From Lobosporangium transversale (Eukaryota), in NCBI RefSeq assembly GCF_002105155.1, contig NW_019028992.1, positions 496,001 to 560,000 of the forward strand: 64,000 bases of DNA, written 5' to 3'. The notes under the pieces were generated by a model. It searched no databases and was not told where the DNA came from. It was given only the letters and a program-made list of their open reading frames with translations. Made by a program: the position numbers and the translations under genes. Shown piece after piece: positions 61,827-64,000 of this stretch (positions within the stretch are counted from its first letter, which is position 1; each line of letters opens with the position of its first letter).

Positions 61827-63719
61827 CTGATTGCTTCTGTTCTAAAGTTTTGTAGTTCTTGGCCCAAATATGTCACTGAAAACAGTCACGTAAAGGGTCC
61901 TCAACGCCTGACTCCAAACTAGGCACGGCTGCCTTGCAGTGCGTGCGTATGCATGTGCGCTTCGTCCGTTGGCTGGTGACAGCCAATGCTTGCGCTTTTT
62001 TCCTCTCTCTCCGCGTTTAATTAAAGGTAATTACGGTCATTGATTAGCGGATGATGACTCGTTTATGCATTTGATTACCATCCATTTTCTCTGCACCATT
62101 TTTTACTTCATTCTGTACACCTCTCTACGCATTTTTTTTTTTTTTTTTTTTTTGCCTCTGCACACCACTTTATTTTTTTGACTCCCTGCCCTTTTTAACT
62201 CTCTCCGCAAACCATCTTATTTCCCTCTCTTCAGACCTTTTTTTTAAAGGAAGTGGGGGACGGAACAATGGTTAGTAGTATTCAGCTCCGTCCACATCCC
62301 TTTGCATTCTTTCGCACTTTTTTCTTTATCTCTCTTCCTCGATTTACCACACATCTATTAAGAAAAGCAGTGTTTTTTAATCAACGTCGCTCTCTCACTT
62401 CACTCTCGATTCTGTCTCCTCCCTGCTCTTTTCTCTCTGTCGAGTATTTCACATTCTTTGTTCTATCATTAATCTATTACTAAGAGAATTACTATTTGTT
62501 CCTAATGTTTCTGTTCATGTATATGTAGATATCTAATCAAACTAAGGGATGTAGTTGATTCAATTGATCGCGCTTTGAAGCACTGTATCGCACGTAGCTT
62601 CACTTCTTTAGCTCCGGTTGATATACTTCGGGCTCAAATGAGCAGGGGTAGCTATGATATTGGTGGTTATCAGAAAGATTATACATGGCAACCCCGAAAG
62701 TGGCGCCTTGTGATCGATCTGTTTGATTGGCACTATTTTTGACTTTTGAATTTGAGTGTAATAGTAATGTAATCTCTAATTGGATTTCCTTACCCTTTCC
62801 TTGTATGATATCATAGGAGATGACAGTACCAAAAGCACATATAAAATGGGCGACTACCAAGATTCCACATCAGGAACATGTGTTCTTCCCCAATTTCGTG
62901 AGACATTTCAGATTGGCAGACAAGAGATCTGGAATCAAGATGTTTGAAGACCTTTTGGAAGTTCTCACCAATCGCAGTAAAAGTTAACCCTCACGACGTC
63001 CAGACCATTCATACCATCGATAGGTGCATTGAATCACTATGTTGGGAAAAATAACGTTGTATGCTGACCAGGCAGATACTACTGCATTGCACAATGGTTT
63101 CAAAGTCATCCTCTTCGAACGCGCATTACCTCTTGTCAAAAATACTCAAGAACGCTGACAAGGCTTCTTGTAAGAGGAAAGTGGAAGACGCCTGATATAT
63201 AATGTTGAGCAACTAAAATTCTTTCTACTCTGGTTGGGGATCCTTTTCAAGATCCAAGAGTCTATGATTGTACGGTGTTCGGGCTTGAGGACATACTTCA
63301 AAGGTGTTTATGCACTGACTTTCGTTGGTTGATTTCTTTCAAAGTATTTTTAAGCTTCAAAGAGATAATAAAAGCGCGGAAGCCTAGGTATTTTGTTATC
63401 AGGGTATAGCAAATAAACCCCATGATGACCTTGAAGATTTTTGTTATAAAAAAAAGACAGAATAAAAGCAGAAATGCGCCATTGGAGGTATTCGGCGCCA
63501 AACTAGTACGAGTCAGGCGAAAAAGTGAAATACCTCAGTGGGCAATTCGCTATCTGTATATATATATATTCCCTACCAACAAACGCAGCACTAACGAAAC
63601 AGAAGAAGGCCAGGATCAAGGTCAGAGTCAATCATGCTTTTAACCAGTGACTCGTACTGATGTACCGCACATACCTTCTTGCAGTAAAATATACTGATCA
63701 CGTTTCACAAACATTACCC

Positions 63720-64000
63720 AAGTAAAAGTAAAATATCAAAGTAACTTACCGATTTCTTACCTCTGCAAAAGTTTATTTTCTAAAAATGGTAATCAACCTC
63801 TTTTTATTTGCATGATATTTTGTGGCTTTACCTTGTCATATTCAACATAAACATTTGCAGAAGTAAGAAATCGGTAAAATATCGGTAAGTCACTTACTGA
63901 TATTTTACTCTCAACAGTAAGTTACTGATATTTTACTCTCATCGGTAAGTTACTTACTGATATTTTACTTCCTTCGGTAAGTCACTTACTGATATTTTAC
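63720..64000. repeat. Inverted repeat plus 28-32 bp tandem array (foldback/transposon-end-like), continues past window edge
   Basis: Arms 63746-63776 and 63847-63877 are reverse complements with 2 mismatches. Four tandem units of tcggtaagt(c/t)acttactgatattttac span 63881-64000. Confidence 0.85.

Noticed and set aside
63881..64000. CRISPR-like or telomeric repeat
   Set aside because: Units abut without unique spacers, the context is eukaryotic with no cas genes, and the unit is not a short G-rich telomere repeat.

Overview
Eukaryotic, intron-rich, AT-rich fungal DNA. The gene families present (tandem F-box/LRR genes starting NPLD(L/I)PEI, a Crinkler relic, DET1, GRDP/DUF1399) and the very frequent long poly(A)/poly(T) runs suggest an early-diverging fungus, most likely Mortierellaceae (inference). 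About 20 protein-coding genes were reconstructed by hand-splicing: a TPR protein (cut by the window edge), PMP3, TAD2, profilin, LAS1, eIF2-beta, a DEF1/UBAP2-like CUE protein, eIF2-gamma, two F-box/LRR genes, YOP1, LSM2, an OCA/SIW14-family pseudophosphatase, dUTPase, a PY-motif membrane protein, DET1, a DUF3128 protein, a divergent REEP/YOP1 paralog, RPF2, a GRDP/DUF1399 protein and a bHLH factor. Accessory DNA comprises a five-member F-box/LRR array with pseudogenes and a gene-conversion tract (19.9-27.5 kb), a decayed unidentified gene (31.2-33.7 kb), a Crinkler N-terminal relic (61.5-61.8 kb) and a foldback/tandem repeat at the right edge. The most notable observations are the eIF2beta-DEF1-eIF2gamma cluster, a GC-AG intron in eIF2gamma with a competing frameshifting GT donor, a REEP paralog with a ~136-aa loop insertion carrying an AIM/LIR-like motif, and recurrent poly(T)/poly(A) pairs in introns. 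No tRNA, rRNA or CRISPR was recognised. All exon coordinates are manual and no database search was run.
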